DNA of 64,000 nucleotides from an uncultured Gemmatimonadales bacterium (GCA_963798915.1 CAWCVB010000005.1:453158-517157), one strand, 5' to 3'; positions 29,665 to 48,840 are shown, counted from the first letter of the stretch. Numbers and translations are program-made. The notes: generated by a model not told the origin, from the letters alone.

Positions 29665-30353
29665 TGGCAACGCGTGGCAAGCGCTTCAGCGCAGCGATGG
29701 GAACCGTGGACCGGGCCCGGGAATATTCGGTGCCCGACGCCGTCCAGCTCGTCAAGGGAGCCGCCACGGCCAAGTTCGACGAGACCGTGGACATGGCCGT
29801 CCGCCTCGGCGTCGATCCTCGGCATGCCGACCAGGTGGTCCGCGGCACCGTGGTCCTGCCCCATGGGACCGGCAAGTCGGTCCGGGTGCTCGTGCTGGCC
29901 CAGGGCGACCGGGCTCAGGAGGCCCAGAACGCCGGGGCTGATTTCGTGGGTCCGGAATACCTGCAGAAGCTCAAGGATGGCTGGCTGGACTGCGACGTCA
30001 TTGTCGCAACGCCGGACATGATGGGGCAGCTCGGCGCGCTGGGCCGCATTCTGGGTCCGCGCGGCCTGATGCCGAATCCCAAGGCCGGCACGGTCACCAT
30101 GGACGTGACCAAGGCGGTCAAGGAGATCAAGGCAGGCAAGATCGAGTTCCGGGTGGACAAGACCGGCAATGTGCACGCGCCGGTGGGCAAGGCTTCCTTC
30201 TCGGCCGAACAGCTCACCCAGAACGTGCAGGCATTCATGGACACCATCGTGCGGGCCAAGCCCAGCGCGGCCAAGGGGACCTACCTCCGGTCGGCAACGC
30301 TTTCCAGCACGATGGGGCCGGGCGTCCGGCTCGACATGGCGGGGTACCGATGA
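29664..30353 (+). CDS. rplA: 50S ribosomal protein L1
   Basis: [37 protein letters not shown]. Start at ATG 29664. Confidence 0.98.
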   Translation: MATRGKRFSAAMGTVDRAREYSVPDAVQLVKGAATAKFDETVDMAVRLGVDPRHADQVVRGTVVLPHGTGKSVRVLVLAQGDRAQEAQNAGADFVGPEYLQKLKDGWLDCDVIVATPDMMGQLGALGRILGPRGLMPNPKAGTVTMDVTKAVKEIKAGKIEFRVDKTGNVHAPVGKASFSAEQLTQNVQAFMDTIVRAKPSAAKGTYLRSATLSSTMGPGVRLDMAGYR

Positions 30354-30841
30354 GCAAGACGGAACGGCAGGACGCGGTCGAGGCGCTGACGGCGCAGCTC
30401 AAGGCGGCGCCCAACGTCTACGTGACCGATTTCAGCGGCCTCAACGTGCTGCGGATGACCGAACTCCGCCGGCGCATGCGAGAGGCTGGCGTAACATATG
30501 TCGTGGTCAAGAACACCTTGGCACGCCGGGCCCTGGCGGCCAGCGACATCGGCAGTCTCGAGGAGCACCTGACCGGCCCCACGGGGCTGGTGCTGGCGAC
30601 TGACGCATTGGCGGCCGCCAAGGTGATCACCGAGTTTGCCCGGGAGTTCGACAAGCCCACGGTCAAGGCCGGCTATCTGGAAGGCACCACCGTGGAACCG
30701 GCGTACATCAAGCGGCTGGGCGAGATCCCGTCCCGCGAGGTGCTGCTGGGACAGTTTGCCGGCGCACTCAATAGCGTTCTGTATTCGTTTGTCGCGGCCC
30801 TCGAGGCGCTTCGCGACCAGCGGCAGTCGTCCGCTGCTTAA
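30350..30841 (+). CDS. rplJ: 50S ribosomal protein L10
   Basis: [26 protein letters not shown] and operon position. Confidence 0.96.
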   Translation: MSKTERQDAVEALTAQLKAAPNVYVTDFSGLNVLRMTELRRRMREAGVTYVVVKNTLARRALAASDIGSLEEHLTGPTGLVLATDALAAAKVITEFAREFDKPTVKAGYLEGTTVEPAYIKRLGEIPSREVLLGQFAGALNSVLYSFVAALEALRDQRQSSAA

Positions 30842-30861
30842 CCGTGGGGAGAGAGAGCAAC

Positions 30862-31239
30862 ATGGCAACGATGAGCAATGAAGACATCCTCGAGGCGATC
30901 GGGGGCAAGACCGTCGTGGAGTTGGCCGACCTGATCGACGCGTTCAAGGAGAAGTTCAACGTGACCGTCGCGGCGATGCCCGCCGGCGGCGCGGGGGCGG
31001 GCGGCGCGGCGCCGGTGGCCGAGGAGCAGTCGGAGTTCTCGGTGGTGCTGACCGGTGGCGGCGCCAAGAAGATCCAGGTCATCAAGGTGGTGCGCGAGAT
31101 CACCAGCCTGGGCCTGAAGGAAGCCAAGGATGCGGTGGACAATGCCCCCAGCGTGCTGAAGGAAGGCATTTCCAAGGCCGAGGCAGAAGAGCTCAAGAAG
31201 CGTCTCGAAGATCAGGGCGCGACCGTCGAACTGAAGTAG
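30862..31239 (+). CDS. rplL: 50S ribosomal protein L7/L12
   Basis: [22 protein letters not shown]. Start at ATG 30862. Confidence 0.97.
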   Translation: MATMSNEDILEAIGGKTVVELADLIDAFKEKFNVTVAAMPAGGAGAGGAAPVAEEQSEFSVVLTGGGAKKIQVIKVVREITSLGLKEAKDAVDNAPSVLKEGISKAEAEELKKRLEDQGATVELK

Positions 31240-31430
31240 CGCGAAGCGCTGTCCCGAGCCGGAGGGCGCCGCTCTCCGGCCAAGGACCTGGCGTCTTCAA
31301 CCTACATTCAGTGAGATGGCATGCACGCATTTCGTTCAGTCTGGTCCGTGATGGTTCCGAGCCCCAGAGCACCCCGCCCCCGGCGGGGATTCCGTGCTGG
31401 GGCCCTTTGTGCTGCGAGTGAGAGAGTCGG

Positions 31431-40470
<9,040 letters not shown>

Positions 40471-40503
40471 CCGGCCGGCCCGCTTTCTGGCCCCTCGGCA
40501 GCA

Positions 40504-40544
40504 CGACAGCGGCGCACCGTACTCCGGTGCGCCGCTGTCGTTTT
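40504..40544 (+). terminator. Intrinsic terminator after rpoC
   Basis: CGACAGCGGCGCACCG-tactc-CGGTGCGCCGCTGTCG followed by TTTT. Confidence 0.75.
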
Positions 40545-40617
40545 CCCGTCCGTGGTTTGACGAGGGGCGTACGACGCTTCAGATTGGAGCCACTCTCTCC
40601 TGAGCCGGCGGAGCGCC

Positions 40618-41277
40618 GTGACCATTCCCTTCGAGCTTGAGCAAGTGCTGCGCGCCGGCAGTCCTGCAGATCGGGAGACTGCCTGGGCAGACCTGGTCGC
40701 GCGTCACACCCGGCTCTTCCTGGCGGTCGCCCGGTCATTCGGCGGCTCTCGGGACGAGGCAATGGAGCGGTACAGTTACATCATCGAGAAGTTGTACGAG
40801 AATGACTACCGGCGGCTCCGGGCATTCCAGCTCGATGGCGGCGCCCTGTTCTCCACGTGGCTCACGGTCACCGCGCGTCGTCTCTGTCTCGATCACTATC
40901 GTGCCCGTTACGGCCGTGCCCGACCCGCCCGTGATCGCCAACAGGCTGATGCCCTCCGCTCGCTGCGCCGCCGCTTGCAGGATGCAACCGCGGTCGCCAT
41001 TGAGCCTGACCTGCTCCCGGACGAGTCATCGCTCTCGGCCGAGAGCGAGGCCATCAGGCGGGAGCGCGACGAACGCCTGCAACTGGTGTTGGAGGCGCTC
41101 CCGGCCGGCGACCGCCTGCTTCTCCGCCTCAGGTTCGAGGACGATCTTTCCGCGTCCCGCATCGCCAGCGCGCTGGGGCTCCCCACGCCCTTTCATGTGT
41201 ATCGACGGCTGAATGCCGTGCTGACCCGCCTTCGCGCGGCGCTGCAGTCGGGCGGCATCGACGGCAGTGCCGGCTGA
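40618..41277 (+). CDS. ECF-type sigma-70 factor
   Basis: Region 2 FSTWLTVTARRLCLDHYR and region 4 LEALPAGDRLLLRLRFEDDLSASRIASALG. Confidence 0.9.
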   Translation: MTIPFELEQVLRAGSPADRETAWADLVARHTRLFLAVARSFGGSRDEAMERYSYIIEKLYENDYRRLRAFQLDGGALFSTWLTVTARRLCLDHYRARYGRARPARDRQQADALRSLRRRLQDATAVAIEPDLLPDESSLSAESEAIRRERDERLQLVLEALPAGDRLLLRLRFEDDLSASRIASALGLPTPFHVYRRLNAVLTRLRAALQSGGIDGSAG

Positions 41278-41313
41278 AGCGGCCGCAATCTGCATGGAAA
41301 TGACCGTGAAACA

Positions 41314-41919
41314 ATGACAAGCGACCATGCTGGGTCGCGGCCGCCGCCGCGGGCGGCGGGGACCGACCGGGAGCAGCACATGGATACTCTGGATGTTGCC
41401 AGGTACCTCGACCGGCGACTGCCGGCGGAACACCGCGCACGAGTCGAAGCCCATCTGGCCGGCTGTAACAGCTGCCGGGACGAGGTCGTGGCTGTCAGCG
41501 GGCTGCTGGCGCATGCCCGGCGGCGGCGACGACTGGTATTTACGGCTCCGCTTGCCGTCGCCGCGGCGATACTGCTGGTCCTGCTCCCGCGGATGGGAAA
41601 CCGCCAGAATCAGGGTCTGGAACTCCGGAGGGGCGCGAGCGCCGACGTGCTCACCGCGTATGGCCCGCTGGGGGAGAGCGCGAGCGCTCGTCCCCGGTTT
41701 GTGTGGGGAGCAGTCCCGAACGTTCAGAGTTACCGGCTGACCGTGAGCCGAGCCAACGGTACGACGCTGTGGTCGGGAAGCAGCGCCGATACGGGCCGGA
41801 GTCTTCCCGATTCCATGACGCTTCACGCCGGCGCCTCCTACTGGTGGGTTGCGGATGCATTGCTGGACGACGGCACCAGCCGCTCCACTGGCGTCCACAA
41901 TTTCCGCGTCGCCCCGTGA
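41314..41919 (+). CDS. Zinc-finger (zf-HC2/ZAS) transmembrane anti-sigma factor
   Basis: HLAGCNSC (HxxxCxxC), TM LAVAAAILLVLL, beta-rich extracytoplasmic domain. Confidence 0.85.
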   Translation: MTSDHAGSRPPPRAAGTDREQHMDTLDVARYLDRRLPAEHRARVEAHLAGCNSCRDEVVAVSGLLAHARRRRRLVFTAPLAVAAAILLVLLPRMGNRQNQGLELRRGASADVLTAYGPLGESASARPRFVWGAVPNVQSYRLTVSRANGTTLWSGSSADTGRSLPDSMTLHAGASYWWVADALLDDGTSRSTGVHNFRVAP

Positions 41920-44837
41920 AGAGCGGACGCAGGTGTCCGCCCGCCGTCGTTGTGGCGGTGCTGCTGGTTGCCTGTGTCGCGCGAGATCATCAGCCGCCGG
42001 CTCTCCTCAACCGGAGTGACAATGTTCCGGCGGCGCTACCAGCCAATCCCGACTCCCTCGCCTTCCGCCTGGCCGTCGCGCCCGAATCACTCTTCGCGGC
42101 CGGGCTCGAATTGTATTATCGCGATTCGTTTGACAGTGCCCGTCACGTCTGGCAAGTCGAAGCGCGCCGAGCCTCCGGCAAGGATTCGTCTTCTCTGGGC
42201 CGCACGCTCATGTGGCTGGGCCTGGCGCAACGGCACCTGGGAAACCTGGTCGAAGCACGCCGCAGTGAAGAATCAGCGCTGGGTGTCAAGCAGCGCTTCG
42301 GCCAGGACGCTCAGATCTCCCGGTCGTTCAACGCACTGGGTCTGGTGGCTTGGGATCAGGGCCGATATCGCGAGGCGCTGGCGTATTTCGATTCGGCAGA
42401 AGCGCGCGCATGGCAGAATGGGGACAGCGTCGGCGCTGTCCGGGCTGCGCTCAACGTGCCGCTCGTTCAGGTCGACCTGGGAGACTACGCAGCCGCTCGC
42501 GCCGGATTCGAGGCGGCGCTGTACCAGGCGCGCGCCCTGCGCAACGAGCAGTTTCAGGCCAATGCGCTGGCTAACCTGGCGATGCTCGAAATCCGGGTGG
42601 GAGATCCCTCTGCCGCGCTCCCACTTCTCGCCCAGGCACGCGCGCTCTACCAGCGGCTCGACTACCGCGTGGGCGAAGCCAATGCGCTGGGACAGTTGGC
42701 CACTGCATGGAGTGCGCTAGGCGATCTTCAACGCGCCATCGCGTTGGCCGATTCCGACCTGACGCTTGCCCGATCGGAGGGAATGGTGGCCGAGGTAGCG
42801 GCCATCCTCGAGATCGAGGCTGATCTCCACCTTCAAGCCGGAAGCCCCCGGCTGGCTCTGCTCCGGCTTCGCGACGCCGATAGCCTGGATGCGGCTGTGG
42901 GCCTGCCAAACGAGCGGGGGAACAACCTCCGCCGTTCGGCCACCATCCTGCTCAGCATGGGAGAGCCATCGGCCGCCGTCGAGAGGGCGCGCGCCGCGCT
43001 TGCCCTGCATGACTCACTCGGAGCACGAGCCGAGGTGGTGCTGGACCGGCTGGAATTGGCGGGGGCCTTGCTTGCGGCGGGAGAGCCTGATCGCGCCCGC
43101 CAGGAGGCGGATGTCGGCCTGCGGGAAGCGGAATCGATGGGGAACCCATCGCTGGAGCGGCGCGCGGCAGGCGTGGCAGCACAGGTGGCGCTTGACGGTG
43201 GAGACCCTCGGCTGGCGTTGCGCTACGCATCCCGCGCCGGCGCCGCTCAAGGCATCAGTGACTGGACCCTGCCGTCTTTGCGAGCCGGCGCCTTGCTTCA
43301 GTTGGGCCACCTGCCAGAGGCGCGAGGAGAAGCGCAGCGGGCGGTTGCGGCAGTGGAACGCGAGCGCGCATCTCTGGCCCTGGGCCCACTGCGGTCGAGT
43401 TATCTCCAAGGCAGGATCGAGGTATTCGCCCGGCTGGTGCAGATCCAGCTGGCGTTGGGCGATACGGCCGCCGCGTTCGAGACTGCTGCCGCGGTTCCAG
43501 GCCGCGGGTTGCTCGAGCGTCTGGGCCAGGTTTCCAATCCCAAGGGGAACATTGGTGGTGCGGCAGACGCTGAGCGACTACTGCGAGAGGCGGCAGAAGT
43601 GGAGGCGGAGTTGGCTGCCCTTGGGTCAGGCCTCAAGGACCGGGGTCGGGTCCAACCGCTGACGCGGCGGCTATCTGCACTGCGCAGTGTCTATGAGGAA
43701 TACTTGGCACACCACGCTGCGTCGCCCTCGGATCGGCTACTCGGTCTGGGCCGCGTGCGCTTGCAGGAAATTCAGGCTGCACTGTCTCAGGACGAGGGTC
43801 TCCTTACGTACCTGTCCAGCGCGAACCGCCTGGACGCCTTTCTGGTAACGCGAACCCACCTGGCGTATCGCAGCAGCTCGACCGGGTCGCGGGATCTCGC
43901 TGGCCGGATCCGAGTGACGAGGGAGTTGCTGATCCGGGGCGGATCGGAGTCTCCCTTGCGCCAGTCCCTGGGTGACTTGTACCGAGTGCTTATCGGCGAT
44001 TTCGCTCGCACCGGCTCGCTTCAGGGCGTCCAGCGGATCGTGATCGTCCCGCATGCTGCCCTCGAGGCGATGCCTTTCGCGGCGCTGTGGAATCAGCAGG
44101 CCAGCCGGTTCCTGGTTCAGGATATCTCCATCGCGTATCTGCCGGCGGTCGGGGCCCTGACGGTGCGGCAGGGCCCGGCTCGAAACGTCATGCGGGGCCT
44201 GATTGTCTTTGCCCCGCTTCCTGATTCCCTGCCTGGCACGGCCCGGGAAGCACGCGCCATTGCACGGTTGGTTCCCGGAGCGGAGCTACGAGTCGGTCGC
44301 TCCTCCTCGGAATCGGAAGTTCGCCGGTCGCTACAGTCGGCCCGTCCCGTGCACATCGCCTCGCACGGGATGCACAACGCGCATAACCCCCTGTTCTCGC
44401 GGATCACTGTCGGGCGGTCATCCGACGCCAAGGGCGGGGACGGGAAGCTTCAGGTCCATGAGATCCTCCGGCTGACGGTTTCAAGTCCGTTGGTCTTCCT
44501 CTCAGGCTGTGAGACTGGGCTTGTTGCATCGGGGCAGGAGCCCTTCACCCGCAAGATGGAGGAGGGAGGGCTCGCCCAGGCGTTGCTCGCGGCGGGCGCG
44601 GGTACAGTCGTCGCGACGCTCTGGCGAGTTGAAGACCAGTCGGCGGCCGATCTGGCCCAGAGCTTCTACCGAGGGCTCTCGACCGGTGCCGCTCCCGCGG
44701 AAGCGCTGGCTCAGGCACAGCGGCTGCAGATCCAGTCGAACCGGAACCTGGACTGGGCCGCCTACACGGTGAGCGGGCTGTCACCGGTGCGCGCAATTCC
44801 GGCAACGATGTCCGTGCAACAAATACCGGGGTCGTGA
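41916..44837 (+). CDS. TPR + CHAT (caspase-like) protease with lipoprotein signal
   Basis: GTG start overlaps the anti-sigma stop. Lipobox VLLVAC, long TPR region, IVPHAALEAMPFAAL, catalytic VHIASHG and LVFLSGCETG, VVATLWRVED. Confidence 0.92.
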   Translation: MKSGRRCPPAVVVAVLLVACVARDHQPPALLNRSDNVPAALPANPDSLAFRLAVAPESLFAAGLELYYRDSFDSARHVWQVEARRASGKDSSSLGRTLMWLGLAQRHLGNLVEARRSEESALGVKQRFGQDAQISRSFNALGLVAWDQGRYREALAYFDSAEARAWQNGDSVGAVRAALNVPLVQVDLGDYAAARAGFEAALYQARALRNEQFQANALANLAMLEIRVGDPSAALPLLAQARALYQRLDYRVGEANALGQLATAWSALGDLQRAIALADSDLTLARSEGMVAEVAAILEIEADLHLQAGSPRLALLRLRDADSLDAAVGLPNERGNNLRRSATILLSMGEPSAAVERARAALALHDSLGARAEVVLDRLELAGALLAAGEPDRARQEADVGLREAESMGNPSLERRAAGVAAQVALDGGDPRLALRYASRAGAAQGISDWTLPSLRAGALLQLGHLPEARGEAQRAVAAVERERASLALGPLRSSYLQGRIEVFARLVQIQLALGDTAAAFETAAAVPGRGLLERLGQVSNPKGNIGGAADAERLLREAAEVEAELAALGSGLKDRGRVQPLTRRLSALRSVYEEYLAHHAASPSDRLLGLGRVRLQEIQAALSQDEGLLTYLSSANRLDAFLVTRTHLAYRSSSTGSRDLAGRIRVTRELLIRGGSESPLRQSLGDLYRVLIGDFARTGSLQGVQRIVIVPHAALEAMPFAALWNQQASRFLVQDISIAYLPAVGALTVRQGPARNVMRGLIVFAPLPDSLPGTAREARAIARLVPGAELRVGRSSSESEVRRSLQSARPVHIASHGMHNAHNPLFSRITVGRSSDAKGGDGKLQVHEILRLTVSSPLVFLSGCETGLVASGQEPFTRKMEEGGLAQALLAAGAGTVVATLWRVEDQSAADLAQSFYRGLSTGAAPAEALAQAQRLQIQSNRNLDWAAYTVSGLSPVRAIPATMSVQQIPGS

Positions 44838-44884
44838 ATCCCACGGGCCCGTTCCTGACCAGCGCCGACGCGCCGGAGCCAGTC

Positions 44885-45901
44885 ATGTGCCAGTCTCTGA
44901 AGTGGAAGCGCCTCGTTGCCAGGGTATCGGCTGGCCTGATGGTGGTGACCACTCTGAGTTGCGGGGGCGGTGAGCCCACCGGGCCTGTCGCGGAGCCAAT
45001 GGCCGCGAAGGGCCACGTAGCCACGGTCACAGTCCAGCAGGCCGATCCGGCTGCCGGCAGCCAGGGTGTGGTGAACCTGCGGGTGCGAATCTTCGGGTCG
45101 GGGTTCAGCAAGGGGGCCGTGGCAGACTGGGAGCGGAATGGGGTGGCTGACCCGGCGATTACTGTCAGCTCAACCCAGTACGTGAGCTCGACCGAAGTGG
45201 ATGCAACCGTCAGCATTGCGGCTGACGCCGAGGTGGCATCCTACGATGTGGCCGTTACAAGCGGCGGCAAGAAGGGCATCGGGACCGAGCTGTTCGCGGT
45301 GACATTGGCCGATCCCACTGCCACCTGGTTTGTGCCCGTGGGCGATGCCAGCGTAGCGTTTCAGGGCGACCATGCCGATACGGTCCTGGCGGTGAATGGC
45401 GGACCAGCGACCAGTTACGCGCGGTACCGCGACGGAGAGTGCGGCGTGAGCGCGACCATATTCGCAACCGTGTCCGGGTCGACCACCGGCGATGCCACGA
45501 TCCTGCCGAGCGTTTCCGGGCGCAAGGGCTGCAGCCGTCGGTTCACGTTTGTGTATCCCGACCAGAGCAGCGAGATGGTCCGGAGCTTCAACAACTTGCG
45601 CGAACTGCAGAACGGTCTCTTCGCTATTCCTCCAGGCCAGACCATCAACCGGCGGCTCATTGTGGCGCCGGACGCCCTCAGCCACAATCCCTCGCGCTGC
45701 GGGCGGCTCCTGTTTGGCCAGAACGACGGGCCGAATGGCCTTGTGGGCGTGGGCAGCGACAGCGTCAGCGTGACACGCCTCAATTCCGTGACGTGGCTGG
45801 TCCAGTCCCAACCCGGTCGCGTCAAGGCGACGTGTGAGAACACAGGCGAGATTCTGGACATGCCCGTGCGCTTTCTCGTGGAGTCCAGCCGGCCGCTGTA
45901 A
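44885..45901 (+). CDS. Lipoprotein with Ig-like N-domain and Cys-containing C-domain (paralog A)
   Basis: Lipobox TTLSC, RVRIFGSGFSKGA...YDVAV (IPT/TIG-like). Start at 44885 or 44834. Confidence 0.7.
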   Translation: MCQSLKWKRLVARVSAGLMVVTTLSCGGGEPTGPVAEPMAAKGHVATVTVQQADPAAGSQGVVNLRVRIFGSGFSKGAVADWERNGVADPAITVSSTQYVSSTEVDATVSIAADAEVASYDVAVTSGGKKGIGTELFAVTLADPTATWFVPVGDASVAFQGDHADTVLAVNGGPATSYARYRDGECGVSATIFATVSGSTTGDATILPSVSGRKGCSRRFTFVYPDQSSEMVRSFNNLRELQNGLFAIPPGQTINRRLIVAPDALSHNPSRCGRLLFGQNDGPNGLVGVGSDSVSVTRLNSVTWLVQSQPGRVKATCENTGEILDMPVRFLVESSRPL

Positions 45902-46121
45902 CGTGCGATAGTTGATCGCAACCTCGCTCGCCCGACGCGCCTCACTGGCGACGCGCGAGATTCGCTGCGCGTCGCCAGCAATCTGCCCCTGCATCTCCCA
46001 GAGCACCGCACCCATATCAACCAGTTACGGGCCCTCTGGCCGGACCGCTCAGCAAACGCGGGACGGTCGTCCGTGTAATGGGAAGAGCGAGGTTCAGGAC
46101 CACTGTCTCGGGAGGCGCGAC

Positions 46122-46862
46122 ATGTATTCAGGTCTGCTGGCGCTTGCAGCGTGCGCGATGCTGATGGGCTGTGCGGATGACGCCGCTGCCCCGGTAACCC
46201 GGGACTTGGACAAGAGCGCGCACGGGGGGCGCGGCAACATCGATACCGATTCTCGGGCCGTCCTCGCCTGGAACGATCAGGTGGGCGGTATCCCGACGGC
46301 CATCACCGGTGACGGACTCGATCGGCAGGCCCTCACCATCGGGACGTTGAATACGTACGAGGGCCAGTTCTGCGGAGTGCACGGCAAAATCTTCAACACG
46401 CCCTCGGCATCGAATTCCGGTGATCTGGTTTTCGATCCCGACTTCAACTATCCGAGCCAGACGTGCGGGCCAGCGCGTTATCTCAACTTCTATCTCTCCT
46501 ACGACGCCACGAGCCAGCAGCGCGGCGCCGCCCTGCACCTGGCTCCTTTCATGAACGTCCCCAGGATCTGGGCGATCCCGTCCGGTGAGACAAGCGTTCA
46601 GAATATGCCCATCGCCGTCAACCAGCCGGGATGCGCCAGCCTGGTCTTCAACAGCGACCGGTATCCCGGATCCGACAACGTCCTGGTGACCCGCCTGGAC
46701 GACGGCTCCGGCGCGCGGGCCTGGCGTGTCGAGAGCTTCGGGGGGCACCTGGCAATGTGCACCGTGACCCAGCATGGGAAGGACGTGGCGAACGGGACCC
46801 GATATCTCCCCTTCAGCTTCACCGTGACCGAAGTGTTCTACCCGTATCCAAGCTACCCCTGA
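46122..46862 (+). CDS. Lipoprotein (paralog B)
   Basis: GGAGG RBS, lipobox MLMGC. Shares CGV..IF..S...GD and GSD.V.VTRL motifs with paralog A. Confidence 0.75.
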   Translation: MYSGLLALAACAMLMGCADDAAAPVTRDLDKSAHGGRGNIDTDSRAVLAWNDQVGGIPTAITGDGLDRQALTIGTLNTYEGQFCGVHGKIFNTPSASNSGDLVFDPDFNYPSQTCGPARYLNFYLSYDATSQQRGAALHLAPFMNVPRIWAIPSGETSVQNMPIAVNQPGCASLVFNSDRYPGSDNVLVTRLDDGSGARAWRVESFGGHLAMCTVTQHGKDVANGTRYLPFSFTVTEVFYPYPSYP

Positions 46863-46916
46863 CTGATCCAGTTGCCAGGTTTTCTGACCACCCTTCCATT
46901 CCTACGGAGGATTGCC

Positions 46917-47681
46917 ATGCCTCGTTGTTCAGTGCCGTGCCTTCTGCTTCTTGGCGTGCTCGCTGGCGCATGCGTCGGGGACACGCCGACCGCTCCCGTG
47001 AACCTCAGGGCCGCCAAGGGTGGCGCCGGAGGTGGAGGGAGCAGCGACATGACAGTCACTTCGGTGGTGGCTGATGCCGACGCGAGCATAGCCCCAATGC
47101 TCCAGCTCCGAAGCGACGGACTGGGCGCTTACCAGAATTCCAGCTCGCTCAGCTCGATCATTCAGGGGATCGGCGCCTGGGTTCTGGATGTCAAGACTCC
47201 GCGCAATGCCACCCGGCAAGTGTATCTCGACTTCAGCCAGCCCGTGGCAGGCAGCGGACCCAATGGCGGCGCACCGATCGCGCTTCCGTCCGGCCTGTAT
47301 CAGGTGAGGATCATCTCGAAATGCAATGCGTACGGAACGACCATGCAGGACCTCGCACCCGGCGGGACGACAATCTGTCCGCTGCACATCGCATTCGATC
47401 ACGATGGGGTTGGCTACGCGCTCCAGATGAATCCCCAGAGCGGTGACGCCGACGGATCCTATGCGGAAACGGAACCTGCCCGCATCACCTGCGTGACGCC
47501 AGCGTCGGGAGCCGGCAGTTGCACTGGATGGACGCTTACCCCAACGGGAGTGCTACCGGACGGGACCGGGCTGGGGAACGTCGCCAAGTTGCTCAGGTAC
47601 CAGACCAGCAAAGGGAAGACGACGAAGGTGGAGCAGGGAGATTTCCTCTTCTCGTTCGCGATTGCGGTGACCAGACCCTGA
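46917..47681 (+). CDS. Lipoprotein (distant paralog C)
   Basis: GGAGG RBS, lipobox LAGAC, AAKGG linker as in paralog A, C-terminal FSFAIAVT. Confidence 0.75.
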   Translation: MPRCSVPCLLLLGVLAGACVGDTPTAPVNLRAAKGGAGGGGSSDMTVTSVVADADASIAPMLQLRSDGLGAYQNSSSLSSIIQGIGAWVLDVKTPRNATRQVYLDFSQPVAGSGPNGGAPIALPSGLYQVRIISKCNAYGTTMQDLAPGGTTICPLHIAFDHDGVGYALQMNPQSGDADGSYAETEPARITCVTPASGAGSCTGWTLTPTGVLPDGTGLGNVAKLLRYQTSKGKTTKVEQGDFLFSFAIAVTRP

Positions 47682-47759
47682 TCCCGCGGCGCGGGCTGCG
47701 CTCCCTGGACGGCGCGCCGCCCGTGCTGTCACGTTGCGCCCACTCGTCAGGAGGAACCC

Positions 47760-48296
47760 ATGCGGCAGCTCCTTGGCTCTCTCGCGCTTTCGGCACTCGT
47801 CACGGCTGGATGCGCCGACTCCATCTCTCCGGAGGCAACGCCCCAGGCCGCGTCTGCCCTGGCACTCGCGTCGGTCGGGAGTCCTGCAACCCGCGATGCG
47901 ATGACGGACTATCTGGAATACACCACGACCCTGGGGGGGAAGGTTCTGGGCTGCGTGGGCGAGCCGGTCATCGTCACCTTCCGCTATACGACACGGTTGC
48001 AGCGCCTGACCGATGGAGCCGGTGGCTTCCACGGCATCTTCACGCTGGTCGACAAGGGAACGACGGGGGTGGGCGCGAGCACTGGTACCCTGTTCCTCAT
48101 GCAGGAAGGCCAGTCGGAGAATATCCAGCAGCGTATCGACGGGTTCCCGGTGAGTTACACGGCGAACTTCATTCGCCGCTTCATCTCCCGTGGATCAGCG
48201 ACCAACTTCCGGGTCCATAACCTGACGCATTTTACGATTGATGCCTCGGGTGAGACCACTGTTGATTTTAGCAGCTCGGATGCGACCTGCCACTAA
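47760..48296 (+). CDS. Lipoprotein, unknown function
   Basis: AGGAGG RBS, lipobox VTAGC, beta-rich, Cys near the C-terminus. Confidence 0.75.
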   Translation: MRQLLGSLALSALVTAGCADSISPEATPQAASALALASVGSPATRDAMTDYLEYTTTLGGKVLGCVGEPVIVTFRYTTRLQRLTDGAGGFHGIFTLVDKGTTGVGASTGTLFLMQEGQSENIQQRIDGFPVSYTANFIRRFISRGSATNFRVHNLTHFTIDASGETTVDFSSSDATCH

Positions 48297-48331
48297 GTCA
48301 CCTTCGAGTAAGACCGGCTGGCCACATGCGC

Positions 48332-48514
48332 TTTCGGGAAAATCTCATCTACGGGCGCTTCGTCCTGGCCGGCAGCGGCATCTATCGCTACGCTGAAATC
48401 GATATCGAGCCGCCGGAAGGCTACGAGATGCCCGAGGTAATCCCTGAGGTCGAGGCCCCGGTGCCCGAACTCGGTGTTGCAGTCCCGGTCGGTGCGGGGG
48501 CAGCCGACGAGTAG
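48332..48514 (+). repeat. Duplicated rpoC 3' end (att-like direct repeat)
   Basis: 48368-48514 aligns without gaps to 40324-40470 (12 mismatches in 147 nt by manual count). Upstream codons FRENLIYGRFVL align to [12 protein letters not shown]. Confidence 0.93.
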
Positions 48515-48570
48515 AGCGGGACTGCAGCACAGTGCGCCCGCAAGAGCCGCGCGACATGCTTAGTGAGACG

Positions 48571-48610
48571 GAAGGGCGGCGCCCGGGATTCCGGGTGCCG
48601 CTCTTTCTTG
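48571..48610 (+). terminator. Intrinsic terminator after the rpoC 3' copy
   Basis: GAAGGGCGGCGCCCGGGATTCCGGGTGCCGCTCTTTCTT hairpin plus T-rich tail. Confidence 0.65.
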
Positions 48611-48840
48611 TCGGAACGATTCCTACTGACGAATCCACCTGCGAGCGTTAACGTAGCTTGCCACCCGCCGCACCCGCCGCACCGAAATCCGAGAGGTCTG
48701 AATGGCGTACGTTTGGGTGGGGCCAACGGAATTGGGACAGCCGCGGGTGTGCTTGGTGGTCGCAGAATGGCGGTCGCTCATCCGTCAAGGCATCGTTATT
48801 GACCAATTCCCTCTACCAACCTTGGTATCAGGAGGCTACA

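Noticed and set aside
40618..44837. Type III-E CRISPR (Craspase) locus
   Set aside because: No Cas7-11, csx30/31 or CRISPR array in the window. Only the sigma/CHAT logic is analogous.
41280..47760. Shared ECF promoter motif upstream of the island lipoprotein genes
   Set aside because: GCAA(C/T)...CGT-like words occur at about 41285, 44816 and 45918, but with inconsistent spacing. They cannot be supported by eye.
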